A stretch of 64,000 bases of DNA from an uncultured Opitutales bacterium. GTDB lineage: Bacteria; Verrucomicrobiota; Verrucomicrobiia; Opitutales; Intestinicryptomonadaceae. The position numbers and the translations under genes are program-made. The DNA is taken from contig CALXLX010000033.1 of assembly GCA_944389315.1 (NCBI GenBank), positions 2,981-66,980 of the forward strand, read 5' to 3'. Positions 8,497 through 17,205 of this stretch are shown piece by piece (position 1 is the stretch's first letter; the number at the start of each line of letters is the position of its first letter). The notes below the pieces were generated by a model. The model made no database searches. It saw only the letters and a program-made list of their open reading frames with translations, and was not told where the DNA came from.

Positions 8497-9294
8497 CTAT
8501 GCCACTATGCCTCTGAATCCGAGCCTCGAAGAGATCTGATCCGCCTTCGATTTTATATACGCGCCAAGCCGGGGGAAATCCCTCTCATTTATCCTGCTTG
8601 CCGGCCCCGTAATCCAAATCGCAGCCACGGCGCACCCGCGTATGTCGAAAATGGGAGCGGCCACGCAGTTTACCCCGTCAACAACTTCGGCGACATCGGC
8701 GGAATACCCCTTCCTGCGTATGGAATCGAGCTCTGCGAGGAGAGATTTTTTATCCGTCATGGTAGACTTTGTGAATTTCTGAAGAGGGAAAGTCCCCATC
8801 ACGCAACTGAACTCGTCCTCCGGAAGATATGCCAGTATGGCCTTGCCCGGAGCCGACGCATGTAGAGGCGCCCGCATGCCTAGCCTGCCCAAAAAATTGA
8901 ACTGGTGGGAGCTTGCCTCCTGGGCGATAAGCACGCACTCCCCGTCGGCAAGGGCGCCGAGCATGACGGTCTCGCCGAGTTCGTTCCTGACGGCGCACAT
9001 TATGTCGACGCTCTCGCGCGGCAGGTTTGCCTCGTCCAAAGCAGAATACGCCAAAGAAAGAATATTCCTCGAGACAAAATACAAAGTGTTTTCCGGAGAG
9101 GCGCGCAAATAGCCCGACTTTAAAAGAGTCTGAAGTATGCGGAAAAGTGTAGTCTTATTTATCCCCATTGCCTGCACAAGCTCCGGGAAGGACGCCCCGT
9201 CGGGTTTCTTGGCAATATACTCGAGCACCTCGAAACTCTTGAGGACGTTCGGAATTATGTACGCGCCGTTTTTTTGAACCCTTCTCTTTTCCAT
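8497..9294 (-). CDS. IclR family transcriptional regulator
   Basis: N-terminal wHTH (VLKSFEVLEYIAKKPDGASFPELVQAMGINKTTLFRILQTLLKSGYL) plus a C-terminal IclR effector domain. It is divergent from rhaB. Confidence 0.85.
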   Translation of the reverse strand: MEKRRVQKNGAYIIPNVLKSFEVLEYIAKKPDGASFPELVQAMGINKTTLFRILQTLLKSGYLRASPENTLYFVSRNILSLAYSALDEANLPRESVDIMCAVRNELGETVMLGALADGECVLIAQEASSHQFNFLGRLGMRAPLHASAPGKAILAYLPEDEFSCVMGTFPLQKFTKSTMTDKKSLLAELDSIRRKGYSADVAEVVDGVNCVAAPIFDIRGCAVAAIWITGPASRINERDFPRLGAYIKSKADQISSRLGFRGIVA

Positions 9295-9512
9295 TTCCGT
9301 GAATTTACATTAGATAAATCAGTCAAAAACACCCGATTCAACAACAAAATACACCCCTCAAAATAGGCGCAAGCCGCGAAAATCATCTTTAATATACTCC
9401 GCGCAAGACAAAGTGTGCCTGGGGAAAACGACCTCCATATTTGTTGCAAATTTGTTTGATAAAAATACAAAAACGCTTAACCTTGGATTATTGTTAAAAT
9501 CTATTTGTATTT

Positions 9513-11000
9513 ATGGAAAACAAAAAAGTATTTTTGGCCATAGATCTTGGCGCTGGCAGCGGCAGACTTATGGCGGCGCTGTATGACGGGGAAAAGTTAA
9601 CGCTTGAGGAGGTCGACCGCTGGGCGTCGGAGCCTGTCGACGAGAACGGCTCGAAGCACTGGGACGTCGCGGCGATATTCGGCCATATAAAAGAAGCCCT
9701 CGCCAAGGCGGCGGCAAAATACGCCGACAGTGCCGTATCGGTTGCGGTTGACACCTGGGGTGTGGACTACGGCCTGCTCGACGAGGAAGACAATCTCATA
9801 AACAATCCCTTCATATACAGGGATTCGCGCACAGAGGGCATGCAGGAGAGGGTTTTCTCCAAGGTCTCCAAAGACGAGATTTACGCCGAGACCGGAATAC
9901 AGTTCATGTTTTTCAACACCATATTCCAGCTTGAAAGCGAGCTTGGCAAACCCGCCATATCCAAGGCAAAAACCTTCCTGATGATGCCGGACATAGTAAA
10001 CTGGCTGCTGACGGGGGTAAAGACGAACGAGCGCACAAACGCCTCCACCACGCAGTTGTACAATCCCAACCAGAAGGCGTGGTCGGGAAAGCTTTTGGAC
10101 AAGATAGGCATACCCCGCGGGATATTCTCCGCCCCCTTTGCCGAGGCCGGGACTGTGATAGGAGAGCTTAAGGATTCGCTCAAGGCCGAGCTTGGCTTTA
10201 AGAGTCTGAAGGTTGTCTCCGCGCCCAGCCACGACACCGCCGCTGCGATAGCCGGCATACCCGCGCGAACCACGCCCTGCGCGTATCTAAACAGCGGAAC
10301 ATGGTCTTTGGCGGGCATGGAGCTTTCCGCTCCGCTCATAAACGCCCAGACGCTCAAGGAGAACTTCACGAATGAAGTCGGCGTGGAGGGCACAATAAGG
10401 TTTCTTAAGAACATAACGGGAATGTGGCTTTTCCAGAAGTCGAGAGAGAGCTGGGCTAAGGCCGGACAGAATCCCAGCTATGCCGAGACCGACGCTCTTG
10501 CCGCCGCGGCAAAGCCAATGTTCAGCCACTTTGACCCCGACCATAAAGATTTTGCCATGCCGGAAGACATGGTAAAGGCCATAGAGGACCACTGCGCCGC
10601 GCGCGGCAGGAACATTCCGCGAGACATAGGCCAGCTTTCCCGCTGCATACAGGAGAGCATCGCGCTAAAGTACGCGCATGTTTTCAGCGTGCTCGGAAAA
10701 CTGACGGGAGAGAAGCTTGAAGTTTTAAGCGTAGTGGGCGGAGGCTCTAAGGACAAGGCCCTCACACAGATGACGGCCGACGCCACCGGCATGACCATAT
10801 ATGCCGGGCCCACGGAATCCACGTCTTTCGGCAATGTTCTAATGCAGCTTAAGGCCGCGGGGGACATATCCAATTTGAAGGAGGGGCGCGCAATAGTAAA
10901 CGCCTCGGTAAAGCCTCAGATATACACTCCGCAGAAGGAGAGCTCGCGCATGTGGCGCGACGCCTTGGAGAACTTCCAGCAAAATATTTTGGAAAAATAG
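9513..11000 (+). CDS. rhaB: rhamnulokinase (FGGY carbohydrate kinase)
   Basis: LAIDLGAGSGRLM, HWDV and VAVDTWGVDYGLLDEEDNLINNPFIYRDSRT are RhaB-type N-terminal motifs. The length fits at 495 aa. Confidence 0.75.
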   Translation: MENKKVFLAIDLGAGSGRLMAALYDGEKLTLEEVDRWASEPVDENGSKHWDVAAIFGHIKEALAKAAAKYADSAVSVAVDTWGVDYGLLDEEDNLINNPFIYRDSRTEGMQERVFSKVSKDEIYAETGIQFMFFNTIFQLESELGKPAISKAKTFLMMPDIVNWLLTGVKTNERTNASTTQLYNPNQKAWSGKLLDKIGIPRGIFSAPFAEAGTVIGELKDSLKAELGFKSLKVVSAPSHDTAAAIAGIPARTTPCAYLNSGTWSLAGMELSAPLINAQTLKENFTNEVGVEGTIRFLKNITGMWLFQKSRESWAKAGQNPSYAETDALAAAAKPMFSHFDPDHKDFAMPEDMVKAIEDHCAARGRNIPRDIGQLSRCIQESIALKYAHVFSVLGKLTGEKLEVLSVVGGGSKDKALTQMTADATGMTIYAGPTESTSFGNVLMQLKAAGDISNLKEGRAIVNASVKPQIYTPQKESSRMWRDALENFQQNILEK

Positions 11001-11003
11001 AAG

Positions 11004-11780
11004 ATGTTTAATCCTCCACAAGACAGAGTAATAGGAAAGCGGGTAAACTTCATGGCAACCTGCCTTTGCGACGCCATATTCGACGACGCCGCAAAAGCCG
11101 CGGTAGAAGTGCTCAGGCATTTCGGGGCGGAGGTTGTCCTTCCCAAGGACCAGACCTGCTGCGGGCAGCCCGCGTTCAACAGCGGAGATTTCGCAAGCGC
11201 GCGCAAGGTTTTAAAGAGCGCCTTCAGGGCCTTTTCGGAGAACGACTGGCCCATAGTTGTGCCGAGCGCGTCGTGCGCGGCGATGCTGTTCCACTCCTCC
11301 AAGATAGCCTTCCGCAACGAGAGCGAAAGCGAGCGAGCCGAGGTGGACGCGTTCGCCTCGCGCGTGTGGGAGTTTTGCGACTATCTTAAAAACTGCCTCG
11401 GGGTAGAGAAGATAGGCGGCTCTTTCAGCGCGCGCATAGCGGTGCACAACTCCTGCCATTCGAGGGGTACCCCCACGCCGGAGGCGCTCAGAAGCCTGCT
11501 GCTTTCGATAGAGGGCGTGGAGCTTGTCGAGTTTGAAGGCTATGACGATTGCTGCGGCTTCGGGGGGACTTTTTCTGTTGTGATGCCGAATATTTCGTCG
11601 GAGCTCGGCCTTGCCAAGGTAAACGCAATATCCGCCGCCGCGCCCGACATCATAACCGCGCCGGACACATCTTGCCTGCTGCACCAAAAGGGCATAGCCG
11701 ACAAAAACGGCATAGACTATCCTGTAATGCACGCGGCGCAGATATTCCGCGACGCTCTTAAAAACGGAGGGCTCCTGTAA
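11004..11780 (+). CDS. lutA: (Fe-S)-binding lactate utilisation protein A (CCG-domain protein)
   Basis: VNFMATCLCDAIF...DQTCCGQPAFNSGD and a second CCG repeat, HNSCHS...DDCCGFGGTF. Confidence 0.8.
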   Translation: MFNPPQDRVIGKRVNFMATCLCDAIFDDAAKAAVEVLRHFGAEVVLPKDQTCCGQPAFNSGDFASARKVLKSAFRAFSENDWPIVVPSASCAAMLFHSSKIAFRNESESERAEVDAFASRVWEFCDYLKNCLGVEKIGGSFSARIAVHNSCHSRGTPTPEALRSLLLSIEGVELVEFEGYDDCCGFGGTFSVVMPNISSELGLAKVNAISAAAPDIITAPDTSCLLHQKGIADKNGIDYPVMHAAQIFRDALKNGGLL

Positions 11781-13156
11781 TGGCTACGCAACCTATAGAC
11801 GATTTCTGCGCGAAGATAAAGCCGTCAACAAAGAGCGCGGTTGGCTCGGCCAGCAAGGAGACTACCGCCGCGCGAAAGAGGATATTTGAGGCGGCCTATC
11901 CCGAGGCGGGAAAGACCGACGCTCTCAGGGGCATCGCAAACGCCATAAAGGGGCAGGACCTGGCCGCAAACGTAAGGCGAGCGGCGGAATCCCTCGAAAG
12001 AAACGGCGTGAAGGTACTTTTCGCGGCAGACGCGATGGAGGCGAAGGAGCAGATTGCCGAGATATTCAAGGCCGAAGGCGTAAAGAACGCCGTCAAGGTA
12101 AAGAGCATGACGACGGAGGAGATAGGCTTAAACTCCTTTTTGCAGAGCCTTGGCACCGACATAGTCGAGACCGATTTGGGCGAGCTGATAATACAGATAG
12201 AGGGGGAAGGCCCCTCGCACATAGTGAAGCCCGCCATGCACAGGAAGAGGGACGACATCGCCGCCTCTTTTGAAAGGCACCACGTCGCAGACTCCTACGA
12301 CGACAACCCCCAGCACATAACCCTCAACGCGCGCAAGTATCTGCGCAAAAAGTTTCTCGCCGCAGACGCCGTCATAACCGGCGCGAACTACGTTCTTGCG
12401 AAGGAGGGCGCGATAGCGCTGATAACCAACGAGGGCAACGCGCGCTTTTCAATGGCGGGAGCAAAGATACACATAGCCATAGCGGGATTTGAAAAGGTCA
12501 TACCCTCCGCCAAGGAGCTTGCGGTATTTTTAAACCTGCTTGCAAGGAGCGCCACGGGGCAGCACAGCACGGTTTACACGGATTTCGTATCCGGGCCGGG
12601 CAGCGCGAAGAACAGCCCCCAAAAAATGTACTTCATATTTTTGGACAACGGGCGCAGCGACATACTCGGAAGCGAGTTTGCCGAGATATTAAAGTGCATG
12701 CGCTGCGGAGCCTGCATGAACAGGTGCCCGGTATTCAGGCTGATAAGCGGGCACGCGTACAGGGCGACATATCCGGGGCCGCTCGGCATAGTGCTCTCCC
12801 CGCTGCTTGCCGGAGAGAGGTTTTGCGAATACGCCGACTTGCCTAAGGCATGCACGCTCTGCGGGGCCTGCGCGGAAGTCTGCCCCGCGAAGATTCCCCT
12901 GCCGGATCTCGTCCTCAAGATGCGCGATCTTGCAAAGACGAAGCACTGCAAGGTTCCAAACGACATAAATTTTGCGCCGTTCTCATTTTTGGCGACGCGC
13001 CCGAAGCTTTGGCGGGCGCTTGTTCCGCTCAATAGGCTTGCAAATTTCCTGCCGCTTGGCGCGGTGAAGTTCGGGCCGCTCGGCAGGTGGCTTAAGACCA
13101 GGACACTCCCCTCTTTCAGGGGCGGATTATTCAGAAAGTGGTTCAAAAATGGATAG
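11780..13156 (+). CDS. lutB: iron-sulfur lactate utilisation protein B
   Basis: LUD domain plus two 4Fe-4S ferredoxin motifs (CMRCGACMNRCP, CTLCGACAEVCP). Its ATG overlaps the lutA stop (TAATG). Confidence 0.8.
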   Translation: MATQPIDDFCAKIKPSTKSAVGSASKETTAARKRIFEAAYPEAGKTDALRGIANAIKGQDLAANVRRAAESLERNGVKVLFAADAMEAKEQIAEIFKAEGVKNAVKVKSMTTEEIGLNSFLQSLGTDIVETDLGELIIQIEGEGPSHIVKPAMHRKRDDIAASFERHHVADSYDDNPQHITLNARKYLRKKFLAADAVITGANYVLAKEGAIALITNEGNARFSMAGAKIHIAIAGFEKVIPSAKELAVFLNLLARSATGQHSTVYTDFVSGPGSAKNSPQKMYFIFLDNGRSDILGSEFAEILKCMRCGACMNRCPVFRLISGHAYRATYPGPLGIVLSPLLAGERFCEYADLPKACTLCGACAEVCPAKIPLPDLVLKMRDLAKTKHCKVPNDINFAPFSFLATRPKLWRALVPLNRLANFLPLGAVKFGPLGRWLKTRTLPSFRGGLFRKWFKNG

Positions 13157-13751
13157 GGAAAAATTTTTAGACAGGATAAGCGGGGCCCAGAAGCGCGCGG
13201 GCAGGAAAATTCCGTCGGCGGAGTTTTCGGAGGAGGACGTAGTCTCAAAGCCCGCAATAGTTGGAACGCCTCTCGAGGCCTTCAAGCGCAACTTCAAGGC
13301 CAACAGGGGAACTTTATTTGAGAGCATAGACGACCTTATAAAATTCCTGCGGGCGCAGGGCTACAAGAGGGGCGTCATAGACGCGAAAGCCGGAGCGGAA
13401 CTTCCGGAGCTTGCCGAGGAGTTCGAGATGCTCAAATCTTTCGACAGGGCAAATCCCGACGAGGCGCAGTTCGGAGTAAGCAGGGCCTCCATGGGCATAG
13501 CCGAAAGCGGCGCTCTGGTATTGAAGGACTGCGACACGGCCGACAGGCTTACGTCCATAGCGCCGTGGATGCACATAGCCCTGCTGGACAAGACAGACAT
13601 AGTGCAAACCATACCCGAAGCGCTCGCAAAGACCCTGACGGATACTCCCTACGCAATATACGTCTGTTCGCCCTCGAAGACGGCGGACGTTGAGGGAATA
13701 CTCATAGAGGGCGTGCACGGGCCGGGCATACAGGCGTGTTTGCTCATCTGA
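13149..13751 (+). CDS. lutC: lactate utilisation protein C (LUD domain)
   Basis: It overlaps the lutB end by 8 nt. It has the size and the GIAESGALVL...MHIAL..IV motifs of the LutC/YkgG family. Confidence 0.7.
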   Translation: MDREKFLDRISGAQKRAGRKIPSAEFSEEDVVSKPAIVGTPLEAFKRNFKANRGTLFESIDDLIKFLRAQGYKRGVIDAKAGAELPELAEEFEMLKSFDRANPDEAQFGVSRASMGIAESGALVLKDCDTADRLTSIAPWMHIALLDKTDIVQTIPEALAKTLTDTPYAIYVCSPSKTADVEGILIEGVHGPGIQACLLI

Positions 13752-13832
13752 TTTGCGCATAGCTATGCGGCCGGAGCGCAAGTACGGGCGCAGGCCACAA
13801 CGGGTTCAGGGGAGCGCTGGTTTATCTTTTGC

Positions 13833-13864
13833 CCGCGCGGTGTGCGGTGGCGCGCGGCCGTTTT
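13833..13864 (+). terminator. possible intrinsic terminator after lutC
   Basis: CCGCGCG (13833-13839) pairs with CGCGCGG (13851-13857), followed by CCGTTTT. The U-tract is short and offset, so this is weak. Confidence 0.3.
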
Positions 13865-13956
13865 AATTGTTGAGTGCGGCCGAGAGCCGCCGTCCGGCGC
13901 GGAATTTTTCAAAAACGCTTGAAAAGTTTGCGGGACAACTGGTATTGTCTCTTGCG

Positions 13957-14298
13957 ATGAAGAAGATTATCCCCTTAGCAGCAGCCATTCTTCTGGGGGT
14001 ATTTCTGTCGGCCTGCAGCCACAGATACACGCCAGACAATATGGTCTCGTCGCCCAGAACCATGACGGGCATTTTAAAGTACAACGGGGCGGTGTTCTCT
14101 CCGATAAGCTTTCTGGCGCCGTACAAATACTCCCTATACAGCATTAACGGAGACTTCATAGGCTATGTGGACAACACCTCCATTCCTGCAACGGGGATGG
14201 ACTCTCTGCTAAACAAGCTTGTAGTTGTGCGCGGTGTAGCGCGCTACGAGGACGGGGACGTTGTAATAAAAGCGCAGAACCTGGATATTTCACGATGA
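13957..14298 (+). CDS. small lipoprotein, unknown function
   Basis: MKKIIPLAAAILLGVFLSAC has a lipobox LSA-C. Its stop overlaps the folD start (ATGA). I prefer the internal ATG at 13957 over the listed 13867. Confidence 0.55.
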   Translation: MKKIIPLAAAILLGVFLSACSHRYTPDNMVSSPRTMTGILKYNGAVFSPISFLAPYKYSLYSINGDFIGYVDNTSIPATGMDSLLNKLVVVRGVARYEDGDVVIKAQNLDISR

Positions 14299-15176
14299 AC
14301 AAGGACAATCTCATAGACGGCAACGCCGTAGCGAAATCCATACACGAGGAGCTAACCCGCGAGCTTGCGGGGCTAAATGCGCCGCGCAAGCCCTGCGTGG
14401 CATTCATCAGGGTCGGAGAGGATCCGGCGAGCGTCTCCTATGTAAAGAAAAAGCAGAGCGTCTCGGAGGCCATAGGCATGGAGAGCAAGCTGTTTGTTCT
14501 GCCCGAAGAGACCGGACAGGAGGAGCTAAACGCGCTGATAGACTCCCTAAACGCGGACGACTCCGTGGACGCCATGCTCATACAGGCCCCCCTGCCCAAG
14601 CAGCTTGACGAGCGCGCCACATTTAACAGGGTCAGGGCCGACAAAGATGTCGACGGTTTCAGCTCCGCGAATTTGGGCCTGCTGTGCCAGGAGAACAAGA
14701 ACGCTTTTGTTGCGTGCACACCCGCGGGGATAGTTGAGCTTCTTAAGCGTTCGGGCGTGCAGACGGCGGGGAAGCGCGCGGTTGTGATAGGCAGAAGCCT
14801 CATAGTGGGCAAGCCCCTGGCGCTTTTGCTCATGCAAAAAGGGCTGGACGCAACGGTGACTGTTGCGCACTCGAAGAGCGAGAATCTCGCCGAGATATGT
14901 TCGCAGGCGGATATTTTGATAGCGGCCGTGGGCAGGCCAAAGACGGTGACGGCGGACATGGTCAAGGAGGGGGCCTGCGTGATAGACGTGGGCATAAACC
15001 GCATTCCGTGCGCCGAGAAAAAGAGCGGATACAGGCTGGTCGGAGACGTAGATTTCGACGCGGTCGCCCCGAAGTGCTCGAAGATTACGCCCGTGCCGGG
15101 CGGCGTCGGCCCGATGACGGTTGCAATACTGATGAGAAACACCCTTGCGGCGTTCAAGCGGCACATGGGGAAATAA
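14295..15176 (+). CDS. folD: bifunctional methylenetetrahydrofolate dehydrogenase/cyclohydrolase
   Basis: Full-length FolD pattern (..VGEDPASVSYVKKK.., ..GRSLIVGKPLALLL.., ..PVPGGVGPMTVA..). Confidence 0.95.
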   Translation: MNKDNLIDGNAVAKSIHEELTRELAGLNAPRKPCVAFIRVGEDPASVSYVKKKQSVSEAIGMESKLFVLPEETGQEELNALIDSLNADDSVDAMLIQAPLPKQLDERATFNRVRADKDVDGFSSANLGLLCQENKNAFVACTPAGIVELLKRSGVQTAGKRAVVIGRSLIVGKPLALLLMQKGLDATVTVAHSKSENLAEICSQADILIAAVGRPKTVTADMVKEGACVIDVGINRIPCAEKKSGYRLVGDVDFDAVAPKCSKITPVPGGVGPMTVAILMRNTLAAFKRHMGK

Positions 15177-15196
15177 GCCAGCGGCGAATGGCCTGA

Positions 15197-15228
15197 GGCG
15201 GGAGGAGTTTTTCTTTCCGCCTTTTTTT
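15197..15228 (+). terminator. intrinsic terminator after folD
   Basis: GGCGGGA (15197-15203) pairs with TTCCGCC (15215-21), then T7 (15222-15228). Confidence 0.6.
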
Positions 15229-15298
15229 GCGGCGCGGGGCGGGGATGTTCCGATGAAAATTGACAGATGTTCAAAAAAGTTTTTGATGTAGGCAGACA

Positions 15299-16942
15299 AT
15301 GCAAAACTTCATATACGACATGGGCTACGACGAGTTTGCAAAGCTCGACGAACTTCGCCAAACCCTACCCTACGCCATAGCCTTTGGGCTGGCAAGAGCG
15401 GGGAAAGACCCGCTTCTTTGCGACTTCAGCGACGGCGACAAGACCCACTCCGGCTACGACATGCTTTCCGCGGCTCTGGCTCTTTGCCCCAAGCTTGCGA
15501 AGTTATCGGACAAGGCGCGCATAGGGGTGCTCATTCCGCCGTCTTTCGAGTCGGCGGCGGCTAACTATGCGCTGACCTTTGCGGGAAAGATTCCCGTGAA
15601 TTTGAATTTTACTATGGGGCCCGTCGCGGCCAAAAGCTGCGTGGAGACGGCCGATATAGATCTAATGCTCACCTGCAGGAAGTTCAGGGAGAAGATATGC
15701 GCGGCAAATCCGAAATATCCGTGGACGGACAAGGTCGTCTTTCTCGAGGACATTCTCGGCGCAATTTCCAAAGAGAGTTTAGCCGGGCTGAGGGAGCGGG
15801 CGGAAGAAGATTTTGACGCCCTCCTTGCGGACTACGGCATAGAAAAGTACGCGGACAACTCAAAAGAGGCGACTTTGGTCTTTACCAGCGGCAGCGAGGG
15901 CGCGCCGAAGGCCGCAATACTTACGCAAAAGAACATAATAGCAAACTGCCTGCAAGTGGAGCTAAGCCGCGTATTTACCAAGGAGGACATTCTCCTTGCG
16001 AATCTGCCGGTATTCCACTCCTTCGGGCTGCTCTTTGAAGTGTGGCTGATGGCGATAGCCTCGCGCTACACGGTAAGTTTGTTCAACCCGCTCGACATAA
16101 AGAGCAACATACGCGCCATAAAGGAAAAGCGCGCCACAGTCATGATAGGCAGCCCGACTTTTTTCAGGGCATACATAAAATACGCGGACCCCGAAGACCT
16201 AAAGACGCTGAAAAAAGCGATAGCGGGCGCCGAGAAGACTCCCGCCGGATTCGAGGACTTGTGGAACAGCACATTCTCGCCAAATTCCTACCGCGAAGGC
16301 TACGGGCTGACGGAGACTACGCCCGTGGTGGGGGTGAATATGCAGGAGGCCGACTACGGGTATTTTTCCACCGGCTCGCGCAAGGGCTCAATAGGCAAGC
16401 TTTTCCCCGGCATGAAGGCCCGCATTTTGGACGTGGGCACGCGCAAGGAGCTGCCTTTCGGGCAGAGGGGGCTGCTTAGCATGCTGGGGCCAAACGTCTT
16501 TGCAGGCTACCTGGGCCGCCCGGAGGCAACCGCGGAGGTATTCGACGGAGACTGGCTCGTCACGGGAGATTTGGCGAGGATAGACTCCGACGGATTCCTC
16601 TACATAGACGGAAGGTTGTCGCGCTTTTCAAAGATAGGCGGAGAGATGGTGCCGCACGCAACTGTGGAAGACGCCTTAAACAGGGCGTTCGGGTTCGATT
16701 CGGCGCAGACGCCCATGCTTGCCGTCTCGTCGAGGCTCGACGAAGGCAAGGGAGAGGCTCTCGTGGTCATAACTTCGGACAAGGACATAACCTTGCACAA
16801 GGTAAAAGACGCGCTTAGAGAGGCAGGCATAAGCAACCTCTGGCAGCCTAAATACATAGTGAAAACAGACAAGATACCCCTTCTGGCAAGCGGCAAGCTG
16901 GACTTGTTCAATCTATCCGAGCTGGCCAAGGGCGGAGCGTAG
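15299..16942 (+). CDS. AMP-binding acyl-CoA / acyl-ACP synthetase (Aas synthetase-domain-like)
   Basis: Adenylate-forming motifs LVFTSGSEGAPKAA, GYGLTETT and GDLARIDSDGFLYIDGRLSRFSKIGGEMV. There is no acyltransferase domain. Confidence 0.75.
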   Translation: MQNFIYDMGYDEFAKLDELRQTLPYAIAFGLARAGKDPLLCDFSDGDKTHSGYDMLSAALALCPKLAKLSDKARIGVLIPPSFESAAANYALTFAGKIPVNLNFTMGPVAAKSCVETADIDLMLTCRKFREKICAANPKYPWTDKVVFLEDILGAISKESLAGLRERAEEDFDALLADYGIEKYADNSKEATLVFTSGSEGAPKAAILTQKNIIANCLQVELSRVFTKEDILLANLPVFHSFGLLFEVWLMAIASRYTVSLFNPLDIKSNIRAIKEKRATVMIGSPTFFRAYIKYADPEDLKTLKKAIAGAEKTPAGFEDLWNSTFSPNSYREGYGLTETTPVVGVNMQEADYGYFSTGSRKGSIGKLFPGMKARILDVGTRKELPFGQRGLLSMLGPNVFAGYLGRPEATAEVFDGDWLVTGDLARIDSDGFLYIDGRLSRFSKIGGEMVPHATVEDALNRAFGFDSAQTPMLAVSSRLDEGKGEALVVITSDKDITLHKVKDALREAGISNLWQPKYIVKTDKIPLLASGKLDLFNLSELAKGGA

Positions 16943-17205
16943 AGAGCGTAAACTTCTTTGCGCAAAATGCGCCGCGTTGAGAAATCTTTCTTTGGCTAAC
17001 CCCGTCGCCGAAAAGAAAGGCGCATTCAACGCGCCTATGCGCGCTTAAAAAATTTCAGCGGCAGGCTATTGCATGGCGCAAGGAAAGCTCAGCCGCCAAG
17101 CCCCGGTTTAAGGGTAAGGAGAAAATACAAACGCTCCCCCGCCCTGAATATACGACGCATATCTGCCAAGGCGCTCCCGCGGAAGACATCGCACTTTAGG
17201 CCTGG

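Noticed and set aside
14438-15361. 307-aa ORF antisense to folD. Similar long antisense or shadow ORFs occur at 18439-19479, 21414-22403, 23543-24496, 26873-27784, 35316-36173, 45921-47063 and 50015-51370.
   Set aside because: Each lies fully opposite a gene with unmistakable conserved motifs. Their translations are low-complexity (R/A/H/L/P-rich) with no recognisable domain. Long open antisense frames are expected in high-GC coding DNA.
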